The notes below the pieces were generated by a model. That model saw only the letters and a list, made by a program, of their open reading frames with translations. It was not told the origin of the DNA and did no database searches. DNA of 64,000 nucleotides from Myxococcota bacterium (lineage in GTDB: Bacteria; Myxococcota_A; UBA796; GCA-2862545). Position numbers and translations under genes: made by a program. This document shows positions 20,001 through 28,822 of the stretch, piece after piece (position 1 is the stretch's first letter; every line of letters starts with the position of its first letter). The DNA is taken from positions 1 to 64,000 of the forward strand of contig JBCCQY010000035.1 of NCBI GenBank assembly GCA_039208735.1, given 5' to 3'.

Positions 20001-20462
20001 GTGTCGGGCCGCTTCGAGCAACCCCAGATAGGAGCGTTCATCGGGATCTTCGCCCCACCCCGTGGCCGCAAGCTCAACCAACCAGTCTGGCGCCTTGGGT
20101 TGAGTGCCCGCCGCGACGGCCAGACGGTAGTAGCGAACCCATCGTCGGGCGACCTCTGCAAGACCAGGTCGGTCGCCGATCCTCGCGGCGATGGCGACCT
20201 GTTCGGGCATGCTCACGGCCGGCGGTTCAGGGTCCTCTCGATCGAGTTCGAGGACGCGAGGTTGGATGACCTGGGTGGCGAGCGACGACGGCGTGGCCAC
20301 GTCAAGCCCCGCCACTCCATCGTGAAGGGCTGCCCATCGCCGAACGAGCGAGACGGTGGCTCGCGTGCGCGCGAGGACCAGCACCCGTTGGCCCCATTGC
20401 GCGGGCCGCCGGATGCGATCGGTCAGCCAACGTTCGGTGGCTTCCCACACGCACGCCTCCAT
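17025..20462 (-). CDS. addB: AddB-like inactive helicase-fold protein with PD-(D/E)XK nuclease and four Cys (copy 1)
   Basis: No Walker A. C-terminal HCLYRAF...GRIDRI...ITDYKTG...QLLVYA...CPS..HCPYAGAC. Overlaps the addA-like gene. Start taken at ATG 20462 (uncertain). Confidence 0.75.
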   Translation of the reverse strand: MEACVWEATERWLTDRIRRPAQWGQRVLVLARTRATVSLVRRWAALHDGVAGLDVATPSSLATQVIQPRVLELDREDPEPPAVSMPEQVAIAARIGDRPGLAEVARRWVRYYRLAVAAGTQPKAPDWLVELAATGWGEDPDERSYLGLLEAARHSRSDHGVQLGEMAWDRVVALGYGVPPTVIEPWERALLDAVGAERPEKVTAPEMMLRSLTVPDVAAEARVAVTYAHQDPEGTLILVSSEGTARRVRDALRRSGLGCAWRDRLELRTHELASVVARCAPWFQTIDPWVQVGDLAAVFGQLALNTALHPAAEALLDRRLDHGGFVRPEAQLSRRGVVQVLEDARLLEAPLSRWISRMAELQVPRSDGPSDRRRAARAAAVEVRLQILQATLAGEPLDEAFSDEPLDFDEDDFDAIVAELLGDESLQIARGQTLGAIRAFLVACRVDIAEDPVARAILAALGRRADWDASPVHVAHALRGSVDPGVLPQGVDVMTYPDWDGRPARQVLLLDVHDKGIARRPTPDPLLEDRDLEAMGALTGSGWVAHQLAQARRAAAQAETVLAIVSERDADGREVVAPIRLERIPMIDPPEVPSYGTLLEGLPESRAMGGLVRGLGRPVKPEHPDPILSHLAVQATVEWYRDGRGPRDLTSLPPSPARRVATLEDWLVAEPEAPSWALPYLGHASEVPAAWCPPGPHSATGLLTDTAHCLYRAFASHVLDLKPLAAVTEDLDPKEVGQAVHDALQRASRGVQWRASDEERDDAMAHLVRSLSHETQDAFDQAVERFGALSEARDASARGRLDRWNRHWPSFAASRLGKPPNVARDKQRNEFVGQVREHPAFRKAVRTIRRIAPAAEQVTDWMLVRWLLEVLASPAQAFLHLSPDLQRSAGSHRQLPHSMLVDIQDIVEHPDVEALRTVHRNLHWRQTARNSPVVAVAAEVPFGLDTAEPAIVMDADGKPIGEMSLGPVHLPLGRETMPVRGRIDRIMVMDTPHGTLLEITDYKTGRPPPGWKFRQVLHQLSDPQLLVYALVLQQIRERPDVPAPFRGARIAAVSWDHVRNTFQEPERRWRLEVPDTDLLVDTAVLDRARETIGHLVDRGRSGRWSLRPRSETCPSLSSFGHNHCPYAGACRLRGLPPTNGEEKRG

Positions 20463-20638
20463 GGACAAAACCAAGCTAGCCGCTGTCAAGGCCAGTTCTT
20501 GACCGGCTGAGCCAAATCCTGTCAGGACAAACCGAAAGTTCAGCCCTAAGCTTGGAGAACATCGAACGCTAAATCCGCGATCCCCATGGCTGCGCCGTTC
20601 CAAAGACGGGGCTCTCTCCGATCCCGCGGCGCATGCGA

Positions 20639-22474
20639 CTACGGGGCCGCTTGTTCGGCTCTTGCGGCTTGTCTTGTCCGAATAGCATCGAGGTCATCGG
20701 TCGGAATCGCGCGAATGAGGGCCTCGGTATACGCATCTTGGGGATTGGCGTAAATCTCGTCGACGGGGCCCGACTCCACGATCAAGCCATCCTTCATCAC
20801 GCACATCACGTCGCTCATGAACTTCACGACGGACAAGTCATGGCTAATGAAGATGTAGGTGAGCCCATGCCGTTCCTGGAGTTCCTTCAGGAGGTTCAGG
20901 ACCTGAGCCTGCACCGACACATCGAGCGCGCTCACGGACTCGTCGCATACGATGAACTCGGGCTCGACGGCCAGCGTGCGGGCGATGCAGATGCGTTGCC
21001 GTTGACCGCCCGAGAACTCGTGGGGATAGCGCTGCAGGTACTCCGTGCGCAGGTCGACCTCTTCGAGCAGCTGAGCCGCTCGGTCCCTTCGCTCTCCCCC
21101 GTTGGCGCCAATGCCATGCACCAGCATTGGCTCCGTGATCGCTTGCTCAACGGTGAGACGGGGGTTCAGCGAGCCGTAGGGGTCCTGGAAGATGATCTGA
21201 AAGTTCCGTCGGATCTGCTTGAGCTGGGAACGCTGAAGCTCACTCATGACCATCGTCTCGCGGCCATCTTCGATGGGGCCCCCCGCGACGTGGGCCCCCC
21301 GCACACGATTGCGAATGCGAATGGTGCCCGCGGTAGGCTCGATGAGCCTTAGAAGAGCTCGGCCCGTGGTGGTCTTGCCGCAGCCAGACTCACCGACCAA
21401 CCCGAGCGTCTGACCAGGCCAAACGTCAAAGTCAATCCCTCGTACCGCATGAACGAAGGACGTGGGACGGCCCAGCCAATCGGTGGTCAGTGGAAAGTCG
21501 ACCTTGAGGCCCCGCACCGACACGATCGGCTCGCCATCGACGTTGAGGAGCTTGGCTCGCCACCCTTCTCGTAGGGTCCGTTCTCGCTCCGGGGTCAGTT
21601 CCCGCTCGGAGATCTGAATCTCGCCGTTCACCTGCTGGGTTTCGAGGAAGTCGTCGACGGTCGGCAACAGGCGGTACGGGGTGTCGAGTCGAGGCCGACA
21701 CGCGAGCAACCCTTTCGTGTAGGGGTGCTGGGGCTCACTGAAAATCTGCAAGACTGGCCCGTACTCGACGAGCTTGCCGCGAAACATCACCGCGACATGG
21801 TCGGCGATTTCGGCGATGACCCCCAGGTCGTGCGTGATGAACAGAATCGACATCTTCCGTTCGTCGCGCAGCTTGCGCAGCAGCTCCAGGATCTGGGCTT
21901 GGATCGTCACATCCAACGCGGTCGTTGGCTCGTCGGCGATGAGCAGTTGTGGATTGCAGGACAGCGCCATGGCAATCATGACGCGCTGTTTCTGCCCTCC
22001 CGACATCTCGTGGGGGTAGCTTCGGATGCGCTGGGGGGGGTCGGGAATGCCCACTTCCTCGAAGAGTCCGATCGTCCGCTGAATGGCTTCCTCGTAGGAA
22101 ACCGACTGATGCTGGACGATGGCCTCCGCGACCTGATCACCGACCCGCTGCACCGGGTTGAGCGACGTCATCGGTTCCTGGAAGATCATCGCGATCTGTT
22201 TGCCACGAACGTCGGTCATGTCGTGGCGCGACACCTGGGTCAGATCTCGTCCCAGAAAGCTTACCGTTCCACCCGCAATTTCGGCCGCACGGTCTGGCAG
22301 CAATCGCATGATGGTGAGCGAGGTGACGGACTTGCCCGACCCGGACTCACCAACCACACCGAGCGTCTGGCCTTTTTCGAGGTCGAACGACACATCGTCG
22401 ACCGCCTTGACCGTGCCCGCATCGGTATGGAAGTAGGTTCGCAGTCCTTGGACTGCGAGGAGTTTCTCGGCCAC
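20639..22474 (-). CDS. Peptide/nickel ABC transporter ATP-binding protein with two fused NBDs
   Basis: Two Walker A motifs ([16 protein letters not shown]), two YPHE.SGGQ signatures, [16 protein letters not shown] and HPYT. Confidence 0.93.
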   Translation of the reverse strand: MAEKLLAVQGLRTYFHTDAGTVKAVDDVSFDLEKGQTLGVVGESGSGKSVTSLTIMRLLPDRAAEIAGGTVSFLGRDLTQVSRHDMTDVRGKQIAMIFQEPMTSLNPVQRVGDQVAEAIVQHQSVSYEEAIQRTIGLFEEVGIPDPPQRIRSYPHEMSGGQKQRVMIAMALSCNPQLLIADEPTTALDVTIQAQILELLRKLRDERKMSILFITHDLGVIAEIADHVAVMFRGKLVEYGPVLQIFSEPQHPYTKGLLACRPRLDTPYRLLPTVDDFLETQQVNGEIQISERELTPERERTLREGWRAKLLNVDGEPIVSVRGLKVDFPLTTDWLGRPTSFVHAVRGIDFDVWPGQTLGLVGESGCGKTTTGRALLRLIEPTAGTIRIRNRVRGAHVAGGPIEDGRETMVMSELQRSQLKQIRRNFQIIFQDPYGSLNPRLTVEQAITEPMLVHGIGANGGERRDRAAQLLEEVDLRTEYLQRYPHEFSGGQRQRICIARTLAVEPEFIVCDESVSALDVSVQAQVLNLLKELQERHGLTYIFISHDLSVVKFMSDVMCVMKDGLIVESGPVDEIYANPQDAYTEALIRAIPTDDLDAIRTRQAARAEQAAP

Positions 22475-22511
22475 GCGCGTGCCTCCAGAAGGCGCGCCTT
22501 AACACGGTCGA

Positions 22512-22691
22512 TCAGTCGTCCTTGATGCAGCACTCGACGCGGCCGTAACGGAAACAAGAATCCGCATCGGCGCTAACGTCATCGTCTGCCGCGACTCGAA
22601 CCGTCGCTGCCCGCGCCGCGAGGGCGCCAAGGACCGCAAGAGCGGCCAGGCCAAGCGTGAAGATCCAACCTCGAGGGGTGCGTGTCGACAT
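22512..22691 (-). CDS. Small secreted/membrane peptide (59 aa) with a Cys-containing C-terminus
   Basis: Strong RBS AAGGAGG before ATG 22691; signal-peptide-like MSTRTPRGWIFTLGLAALAVLGALAARA; tail SCFRYGRVECCIKDD. Confidence 0.65.
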   Translation of the reverse strand: MSTRTPRGWIFTLGLAALAVLGALAARAATVRVAADDDVSADADSCFRYGRVECCIKDD

Positions 22692-22781
22692 ATGGCCTCC
22701 TTGCTGCGCCGTCACAGTACTCAGCATGACACGACAAGCGCTGTGGGCCGCGTCAACTTCCGTCGTTCACGGCCGTGAAGG

Positions 22782-23849
22782 TCATGGCGCCAGGTCGTAC
22801 TCGAGACGTAGGACGCCACCCGAATCGAAGGGCTCTGTGAAGGTCAAGGTGCGGCCCAGAGCAACAAACCGAGAAGGCGGCAAGGGCGTCCCGTCCAAGT
22901 AGACAGTGAGGGTGCCGTTTTGGACCCGGTGACCCAGCGCGAACACCTGTGGACTCGTGCGCTCCGTGAAGGAGCCCGTCAAGTCGGTGACCAACCGGCT
23001 CCAATCCAACGAGCACGGCTCGAATACCATGCCATGGTTGCGCACGAACTCGAGCAACTGTGAAAGCTCGATCGAAGCGTCGCCATCTTCGCTCTTCGGT
23101 GTGCAGTCCGACCCCCACACCGACAAGATGCCGTGGGCGGCCCAGTTGGCATCCTCGGTCTCGTCGAGCATCTCGGCAAGAGCCGAACTTCCGAGGTTCG
23201 ACTCGTCACTCTCGGGAGTCACGTACACAACGAGAAGCCGCGTGCGAGGACGATTAAAGGTCTCGTGACCCGCCGCCGCGTACTCGACGGCACCGCGCGT
23301 CACATCCAGCGCACGAGGCGGCAAATTCGCCGGTAACCCTCGCAAGCCTTGGGCCATCCACGCCACGGCTTCGGCGGGAGTGGTCTGCCAGCTGCGCAGG
23401 AAGGGCCGACCATAGGAATCGCCCCAGGGAACGGCTTCACCGGTACCGTTGGCACCAATCAATGCAAACTGCGTGTTGAGATCGTCGCGGTAAAGGGCGG
23501 TCACGATGGCGGGAAGCTCGTCGAGGAATCCCTCCCGAATCTCGGAAGCCGCCGGGCTCGCATCGACCACAAAGAGCACATCTAGGTTGCCGCGGAGTTC
23601 GAACTCCTCGATGACCCGGCACACCGCGCCTTCGTCTTCTTGCCCGTCACAGTCGTTGTCCCGACCATCACAGACTTCGGGCATGGTGACTCCGACATTC
23701 GGGTCCAAGTCGTTGCAGTCTTCTTCGCCAACGAGCCCGTCCCCATCGACATCTTGAAGCTCCCCGACCCAGCGCGGTGCGTCAAGATTCGAGCCGATTT
23801 CGACGGGTATCGTGCACGCCGCAACGATTGCCCAGACCCAACGGATCAC
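22782..23849 (-). CDS. Putative lipoprotein with a myxobacterial metal-binding (MopE-like) motif and a vWA-like domain
   Basis: Short signal ending VAAC; DVDGDG..DCND.....EVCDGRDNDCDG motif; LDVLFVVDAS vWA-type strand. Start uncertain. Confidence 0.75.
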   Translation of the reverse strand: MIRWVWAIVAACTIPVEIGSNLDAPRWVGELQDVDGDGLVGEEDCNDLDPNVGVTMPEVCDGRDNDCDGQEDEGAVCRVIEEFELRGNLDVLFVVDASPAASEIREGFLDELPAIVTALYRDDLNTQFALIGANGTGEAVPWGDSYGRPFLRSWQTTPAEAVAWMAQGLRGLPANLPPRALDVTRGAVEYAAAGHETFNRPRTRLLVVYVTPESDESNLGSSALAEMLDETEDANWAAHGILSVWGSDCTPKSEDGDASIELSQLLEFVRNHGMVFEPCSLDWSRLVTDLTGSFTERTSPQVFALGHRVQNGTLTVYLDGTPLPPSRFVALGRTLTFTEPFDSGGVLRLEYDLAP

Positions 23850-23895
23850 ATCACCCCCGATTGCAGCACGGAGTTTAGCCGAGTTTACTATCCGC

Positions 23896-24456
23896 TCACA
23901 ACCCCGAGGTACCCTGGACCTCGATGCGCACGGCGTGAGCGAGTTCGTTAAGGTCGGGATCGGGAACGCCCATTGTGACCAAAGCAGACTCGAGTTGAAG
24001 AACGTAGTCTGCATTAGGCCCGCTGGGGCCATGGCTTTTCGCAATCTGCCGAGCCATCTCCTCTAGCGAGGCCGGACCCAGGTACTGCGGATTGCTCGAA
24101 TCGGCCCAGTACACAAGGGCCTGTACGCTCCGGTGGGCGAGATGGACCGGAAGAATCGCTCGGGAGTACCCACCCTTCTAGCGGAAGTCCAACGCGGCCA
24201 AGATCGAGGTGCGTTCCCTCTCTGGCAACCGATAGGTCATGCCGTATACATGTTGCGAGGGGTCCTCCACAAGCGTCGCAACTCGACCGGGGGCCCCGGG
24301 AATCCCGCGGTGGTCGATCGAGCCCTGCCAAAAGCGGCGCTGCCAGCCATCGAGACGGCCCAGGTGCTGCTCGGTGGACGGGAACGCAGGTCGAAACACC
24401 AGCGAGCCGTATCCAAAGACCCACTGTACGCTTTCGTCATCGGCGAGGTTCGTCAT
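23896..24456 (-). pseudogene. chaC: ChaC-family gamma-glutamylcyclotransferase interrupted by an in-frame TAG at 24178-24180
   Basis: [43 protein letters not shown] and GPSGPNADY all lie in one frame; two track ORFs join across the single TAG. Confidence 0.8.
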
Positions 24457-24487
24457 GCTCGCTGCATATGACCCGTCAGGAGAGATC

Positions 24488-25015
24488 ATGCGCATCCACA
24501 TCGAGACCGGCGACTTGACCGAGGTAGCTGACGACGCCATCGTCAACGCGGCGAACCCGGCGTTGCTTGGCGGAGGAGGCGTGGACGGAGCCATCCACCA
24601 GAAGGCCGGCCACCGCCTACTGGCCGCATGTCGCGCGCTACCCAAGGACGACCTCGGGGTGCGCTGCCCAACCGGAGAAGCTCGCCTTACCGAGGGCTTC
24701 GACCTTCCCGCCCGCTATGTCATCCACACCGTCGGTCCGGTTTACCGGCTCAATGATGACCCCGCGACGTTGCTCGCGAATGCACATCGCAACTCCCTGC
24801 AGCTCGCGGTCGAGCACGAACTCGAGACCCTTGCCTTTCCCGCCATCAGCTGCGGGGCATTTGGGTACCCCGCCGCCGAGGCAGCTCAAATCGCCTTGGA
24901 AGTCGCCACCGAGCGGACCTGGCCTCTTGACCACGTCCGCTTCGTGCACTTCACCCGCGGAACCTACGAGGCATGGATGGCGGAGGCCACCCGGCGCGGG
25001 CTTCAGCTTGGCTGA
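24488..25015 (+). CDS. Macro domain protein (YmdB/MacroD-type O-acetyl-ADP-ribose deacetylase / ADP-ribosylhydrolase)
   Basis: [32 protein letters not shown] and [12 protein letters not shown] motifs; ATG 24488. Confidence 0.93.
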   Translation: MRIHIETGDLTEVADDAIVNAANPALLGGGGVDGAIHQKAGHRLLAACRALPKDDLGVRCPTGEARLTEGFDLPARYVIHTVGPVYRLNDDPATLLANAHRNSLQLAVEHELETLAFPAISCGAFGYPAAEAAQIALEVATERTWPLDHVRFVHFTRGTYEAWMAEATRRGLQLG

Positions 25016-26163
25016 AAGGCCCGTTTGACATCATCGTCAAGCAACACCACAGCGGCATAGATCCCGACCATCGTTCCCAGGGGCACGTTGAACAGGGCGC
25101 AAGCCGCAACCACGAGCGCCACGTTGCGCGCCCACGGACGACGGCGGCGAAGCGCAGGGCCCAAGATCAAGGCCGGAACCGACGTCACCATGGCCGAAAT
25201 CGCCACCACCAGGATGGCGAAGCCCCAACCGCCCAGCTGTTCGAACTGATCCAGGCGTGCCCATGGCGCATCGATGGACTGCGACTCCGCCCCTACGAGC
25301 AACACCGCCAGTGCGGCCACCAAGACCCCGCTGATGAGTCCGTAAGCCGCAAACAAGGCCGATATGCTGTCCACATGCGCCGACCACGAAATGCCACCGT
25401 CATCTTCGCGCTGCTTCGTCGAAAACGCAGCCGCGACCACGATGCCCACGCCGTAAAGCGCGACGAGGGGAATCGCGAGCAACGTCTGGGTCAATGGGTC
25501 AGGGGGCGTGATGAGCGCTGCGAGAATGAACACGCCCACCACCGCGTAGCGGAAGTAGAAGAGCATGTCTTTCGCGTCGATAAGCCCCATTCGAGCCAGG
25601 AAGAAACTCGCCACCGGCAGCTGAAAACACACGCCGAACGCAAGCATCATCTTCACGACGGAATTGATGTAGAGCTGAAGCGAGATCATGGGTTCGACGT
25701 CTTGCACGACCGAGAACATGAACGGAAACGCCAGCGGGAAGATGGCCCGGTAGGCGAAGCCCGCCCCGAGCACGAAGAGAACCGTTGAGGCGAGCGTGAG
25801 CGGAACAACCACGCGCCGTTCCGTCTTGTAGAGACCTGGCGCCACGAAACCCCAGATCTGGCCAAGGATAACGGGGCTCGAAAGAACCGCCCCCCCCAAC
25901 AGGGCCGCATAAAGCCAGGCGTACATCCCTTCAAAGGGTCCGAGGATGGCCATCGTACCATTGTGCTCGGCAATCGCTGCGTCGACCGGGGCACGGATGA
26001 ACGCGATGATCTCGTTGGCGAAGATCGACGACACAATGATGGCCGCAATCAACGCCCCAACGCTCACCACAAGCCGATTCCGCAATTCGCGGAGGTGCTC
26101 GATGAGCGGCATCCGATGCTCGTCGACCTCGTCTAAGGGCTGTTCGGGGCTGGGGTCGCTCAC
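25003..26163 (-). CDS. tatC: Twin-arginine translocase TatC with an extra C-terminal membrane domain
   Basis: [34 protein letters not shown] and ITPPD motifs, plus about 130 extra hydrophobic residues. Confidence 0.92.
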   Translation of the reverse strand: MSDPSPEQPLDEVDEHRMPLIEHLRELRNRLVVSVGALIAAIIVSSIFANEIIAFIRAPVDAAIAEHNGTMAILGPFEGMYAWLYAALLGGAVLSSPVILGQIWGFVAPGLYKTERRVVVPLTLASTVLFVLGAGFAYRAIFPLAFPFMFSVVQDVEPMISLQLYINSVVKMMLAFGVCFQLPVASFFLARMGLIDAKDMLFYFRYAVVGVFILAALITPPDPLTQTLLAIPLVALYGVGIVVAAAFSTKQREDDGGISWSAHVDSISALFAAYGLISGVLVAALAVLLVGAESQSIDAPWARLDQFEQLGGWGFAILVVAISAMVTSVPALILGPALRRRRPWARNVALVVAACALFNVPLGTMVGIYAAVVLLDDDVKRAFQPS

Positions 26164-26606
26164 CGGCTCTCCTCCTCGCCGGGGACGACGTCGGCCTCAC
26201 CCGTGCTGTCGTTGACCACCGGTGGGGGCACAGGCCGCGTGGGGTGCGGCGCATCCGGAGGGTCGGCGTTGACATCCACCACAGGCTCTTCAGGCTCACT
26301 GGCGACCGCGGGAGCCGGAGCTTCCGGGTCGTCTTCGGGAAGCTGAGGGACGGTCTCGGGCTGGAATTGGGTGGTCTGGGCCTCGGCTCGTTTCTGCCGT
26401 CGCTCCTGGAGCAAGCGATAGCGTTCAGCCGCATCTTGGCGGTCGGCCTCGAGCACGAAGGCCCGCCGTAGTTCATCGGCAGCTCGTCGTGCCTGTCCAT
26501 ACCAACGTCCCGCACTCCGAAAGAGCTTGGGGAGTTGCTCGGGCCCCACCACCATCAAAGCGATGCCTGCGATGAGGAGCAGCTCGAAGATGCCCACGTT
26601 CAGCAT
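26160..26606 (-). CDS. tatB: Twin-arginine translocase TatB
   Basis: MLNVGIFELLLIAGIALMVVGPEQLP followed by an amphipathic helix; overlaps the tatC start. Confidence 0.88.
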   Translation of the reverse strand: MLNVGIFELLLIAGIALMVVGPEQLPKLFRSAGRWYGQARRAADELRRAFVLEADRQDAAERYRLLQERRQKRAEAQTTQFQPETVPQLPEDDPEAPAPAVASEPEEPVVDVNADPPDAPHPTRPVPPPVVNDSTGEADVVPGEEESR

Positions 26607-26740
26607 GGTTGCTTCCGTCCCTACGTCTAACGCTGCATACCGTGCTGGGCGCATGTCCGTTACCTGCCTGGCCGGCGTACGCGTGCCGAGGCAGACTATG
26701 CGCTGCCGTTGAACGCACCGACGAGGAGGCTGGAGGGCCC

Positions 26741-27658
26741 GTGTGCAGGATCTTTGGATTTCGGAGCGCCGTTCCGTCGCGAGCCCATCGGTCGCTCGTC
26801 GCCGCCGAAAATGCGCTTGCGACCCAATCGATTCGGCATCCCCACGGTTGGGGCATTGGCTACGTCAAGGGCGATGACGCCTATGTCGTCAAGTCCGCAA
26901 GATCAGCGCACGACTGTCCGCGTTTCAAAAGCGCATGCGAACGCCTCACCTCGCACACCTTCGTGGTGCACGTTCGCAAGGCCACCGTGGGGTGTATCGA
27001 CTCCCTCAACGCCCATCCGTTTCGCTTTGGGCGGTGGTTGTTCGCTCACAATGGCACCATCTTCGGCTTCGAGGACCGAGCCGCGCATCTACGTGACCGC
27101 ATCGACCCGGACCTTCGGTCCCATGTCATGGGCGACACGGACAGCGAACACTTGTTCTTCGTGCTCTTGACTGCACTTCGTCGGGCGGGCATCGACCGGG
27201 CGACCCATGATCCGAAGGACGCGCCGGTGGTCGGCCAAGTCGTTCGGGACGTCCTTTACGAGCTGGATGCAGAGGCACGCGTCCAACAACTCGACCGGCC
27301 CATTTTGAACGTGCTGCTGACTGATGGGCGGACCTTCGTAGCCCACCGTGCGGGCATGCCAATGTTCTTGTCGACCCAGAAGCGGCACTGCCCCGACGCA
27401 GACACCTGCCCGGCCGCCAACAAGGTGTGTTTGCTCGCCCGCCGACCGGTCGATCAATCCGTGAACCACCTGATTGTGGCATCCGAACCCATCGGAGCGG
27501 AGAACCTCTGGGAAGAGGTGCCCGATGGCACCACGGTGGTCTGCGACGAGCGCTTTGCGCTCACCATGCAGGGGGCACCCAGGGGGTGGGTCGCGCCGGT
27601 GCTGCCAGAGCATGCGAGGTCCGACGGGCTCTTCAGAGCGGCGACGTCCGCCAAATGA
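26741..27658 (+). CDS. Class II glutamine amidotransferase (YafJ/EgtC/Dug3-like)
   Basis: GTG start gives N-terminal (M)CRIFG; HGWG, HVRKAT, HPF, FAHNG, TDSE and VASEP motifs. Confidence 0.88.
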   Translation: MCRIFGFRSAVPSRAHRSLVAAENALATQSIRHPHGWGIGYVKGDDAYVVKSARSAHDCPRFKSACERLTSHTFVVHVRKATVGCIDSLNAHPFRFGRWLFAHNGTIFGFEDRAAHLRDRIDPDLRSHVMGDTDSEHLFFVLLTALRRAGIDRATHDPKDAPVVGQVVRDVLYELDAEARVQQLDRPILNVLLTDGRTFVAHRAGMPMFLSTQKRHCPDADTCPAANKVCLLARRPVDQSVNHLIVASEPIGAENLWEEVPDGTTVVCDERFALTMQGAPRGWVAPVLPEHARSDGLFRAATSAK

Positions 27659-28760
27659 ACAGCCGCTTGAAGTTGCGCACCTCATCGTTGTCTCGGCCTT
27701 GGGCCACGACGGAAAGCCAAAGTTGCCCATCGCGAACGGTGATGGCGAGGTCGGTGTTGCCCACCGTTCCGGTCTGCAGGGTGCGTACACTCTGACGAGC
27801 CACGTCGACGGCGCGGACCGGATCGTAGGCATCATCGTCATCCGCCACGTAGACGATGTGGCGACCATCTGGCGTCCATGCGGGGCCTTGGGCGTCGGGG
27901 TAGACCCCACGCACCAACACCTTGGGCGAACTGCCGACCTCGACCACGTACAGGTCGAAACGTCCCGGCTTTTCATGGTTCGCGTAAAACGCAAGCTTCG
28001 AAGAGGTGGGAGAGAATCGGGGGCGGATCTGGTTGCCCCGCCAGCTCGTGAGCCGGGCCGGCTTCGATCCCACCGATGGGAGCAACCAAATGTTGTCACC
28101 CGACTTCGTGTGGGCCACGAACGCCAACGTCTTGCCATCGTTCGACCACGTCACGTACAGCTCGCTGCTGCCGGGCATGGACGTCAACCGGCGTGGGTCC
28201 GCCTCGATGGTCGACGTGTCGATGAGGTACAGGTCGCCCTCGCCAGTCCGGGCCGAGGTGAAGACGATCGAGCTGCCATCGGGGGACCAAGCGGCCCCCC
28301 CGTCAGCCCCGGGATTCGCCGCTACAGGCGTGCCTCCGGCCAAGTAGAGGTCGTAGTCGAACCCCTCATTGCTGGCCGAGAACATGTACAGGTCAGCCCC
28401 GACGGATGTGGGAGCCCATGTGAGTTCGTGGGCCACCTGACCCCCGGTGGAACGCCGAAAGCCCTCCGTGATGGAACTGGCCGCGCGCTTGGTGGCCTGA
28501 ATCCGTTCGAACGCCCCTTCGAACGGCGTGCCCACGTACAGCTCGATGCGTTTCTCTTCGAAGAAATTTGCTTCGAAGGAAAGCTTCGAGCCATCCGCAG
28601 ACCAGCTGGGGCGCTGGAGGTTGGCGCCAGGAATCGAAGCCACTTGGGCCGGCGCTCCGGCGACGGCGGTGGTGACGAGAACCAGGGACGCGAGCAGAAT
28701 GACCTCCGCTTCGAGCAGGACGTGCCGAATCGAGGGGCCCGTCCGATGGCTGGCAAGCAT
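27633..28760 (-). CDS. TolB-like beta-propeller (PD40 repeat) exported protein
   Basis: Signal-like hydrophobic stretch and repeated PSWSADG / AWSPDG / WSNDG / PRFSP / PAWTPDG blades. Start uncertain. Confidence 0.8.
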   Translation of the reverse strand: MLASHRTGPSIRHVLLEAEVILLASLVLVTTAVAGAPAQVASIPGANLQRPSWSADGSKLSFEANFFEEKRIELYVGTPFEGAFERIQATKRAASSITEGFRRSTGGQVAHELTWAPTSVGADLYMFSASNEGFDYDLYLAGGTPVAANPGADGGAAWSPDGSSIVFTSARTGEGDLYLIDTSTIEADPRRLTSMPGSSELYVTWSNDGKTLAFVAHTKSGDNIWLLPSVGSKPARLTSWRGNQIRPRFSPTSSKLAFYANHEKPGRFDLYVVEVGSSPKVLVRGVYPDAQGPAWTPDGRHIVYVADDDDAYDPVRAVDVARQSVRTLQTGTVGNTDLAITVRDGQLWLSVVAQGRDNDEVRNFKRLFIWRTSPL

Positions 28761-28822
28761 ACCCGAACTTCCGAATGCGCGGGCACAACAACGGCGCCGC
28801 ACGTATAGCGTAGACTCGCGCC

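Noticed and set aside
13547..20462. Cas4/CRISPR interpretation of the Cys-containing PD-(D/E)XK domains
   Set aside because: The domains are fused to AddA/AddB-type bodies, and no cas1/cas2 or repeat-spacer array was seen.
20525..20570. LexA/SOS box upstream of addB copy 1
   Set aside because: Only a partial GTTCAG half-site and GAAC-N3-GAAC were seen, which fit none of the LexA consensus spacings I know.
24178..24180. Genome-wide TAG reassignment
   Set aside because: TAG terminates several full-length genes at expected positions (for example sbcD at 12231 and the dehalogenase at 29743).
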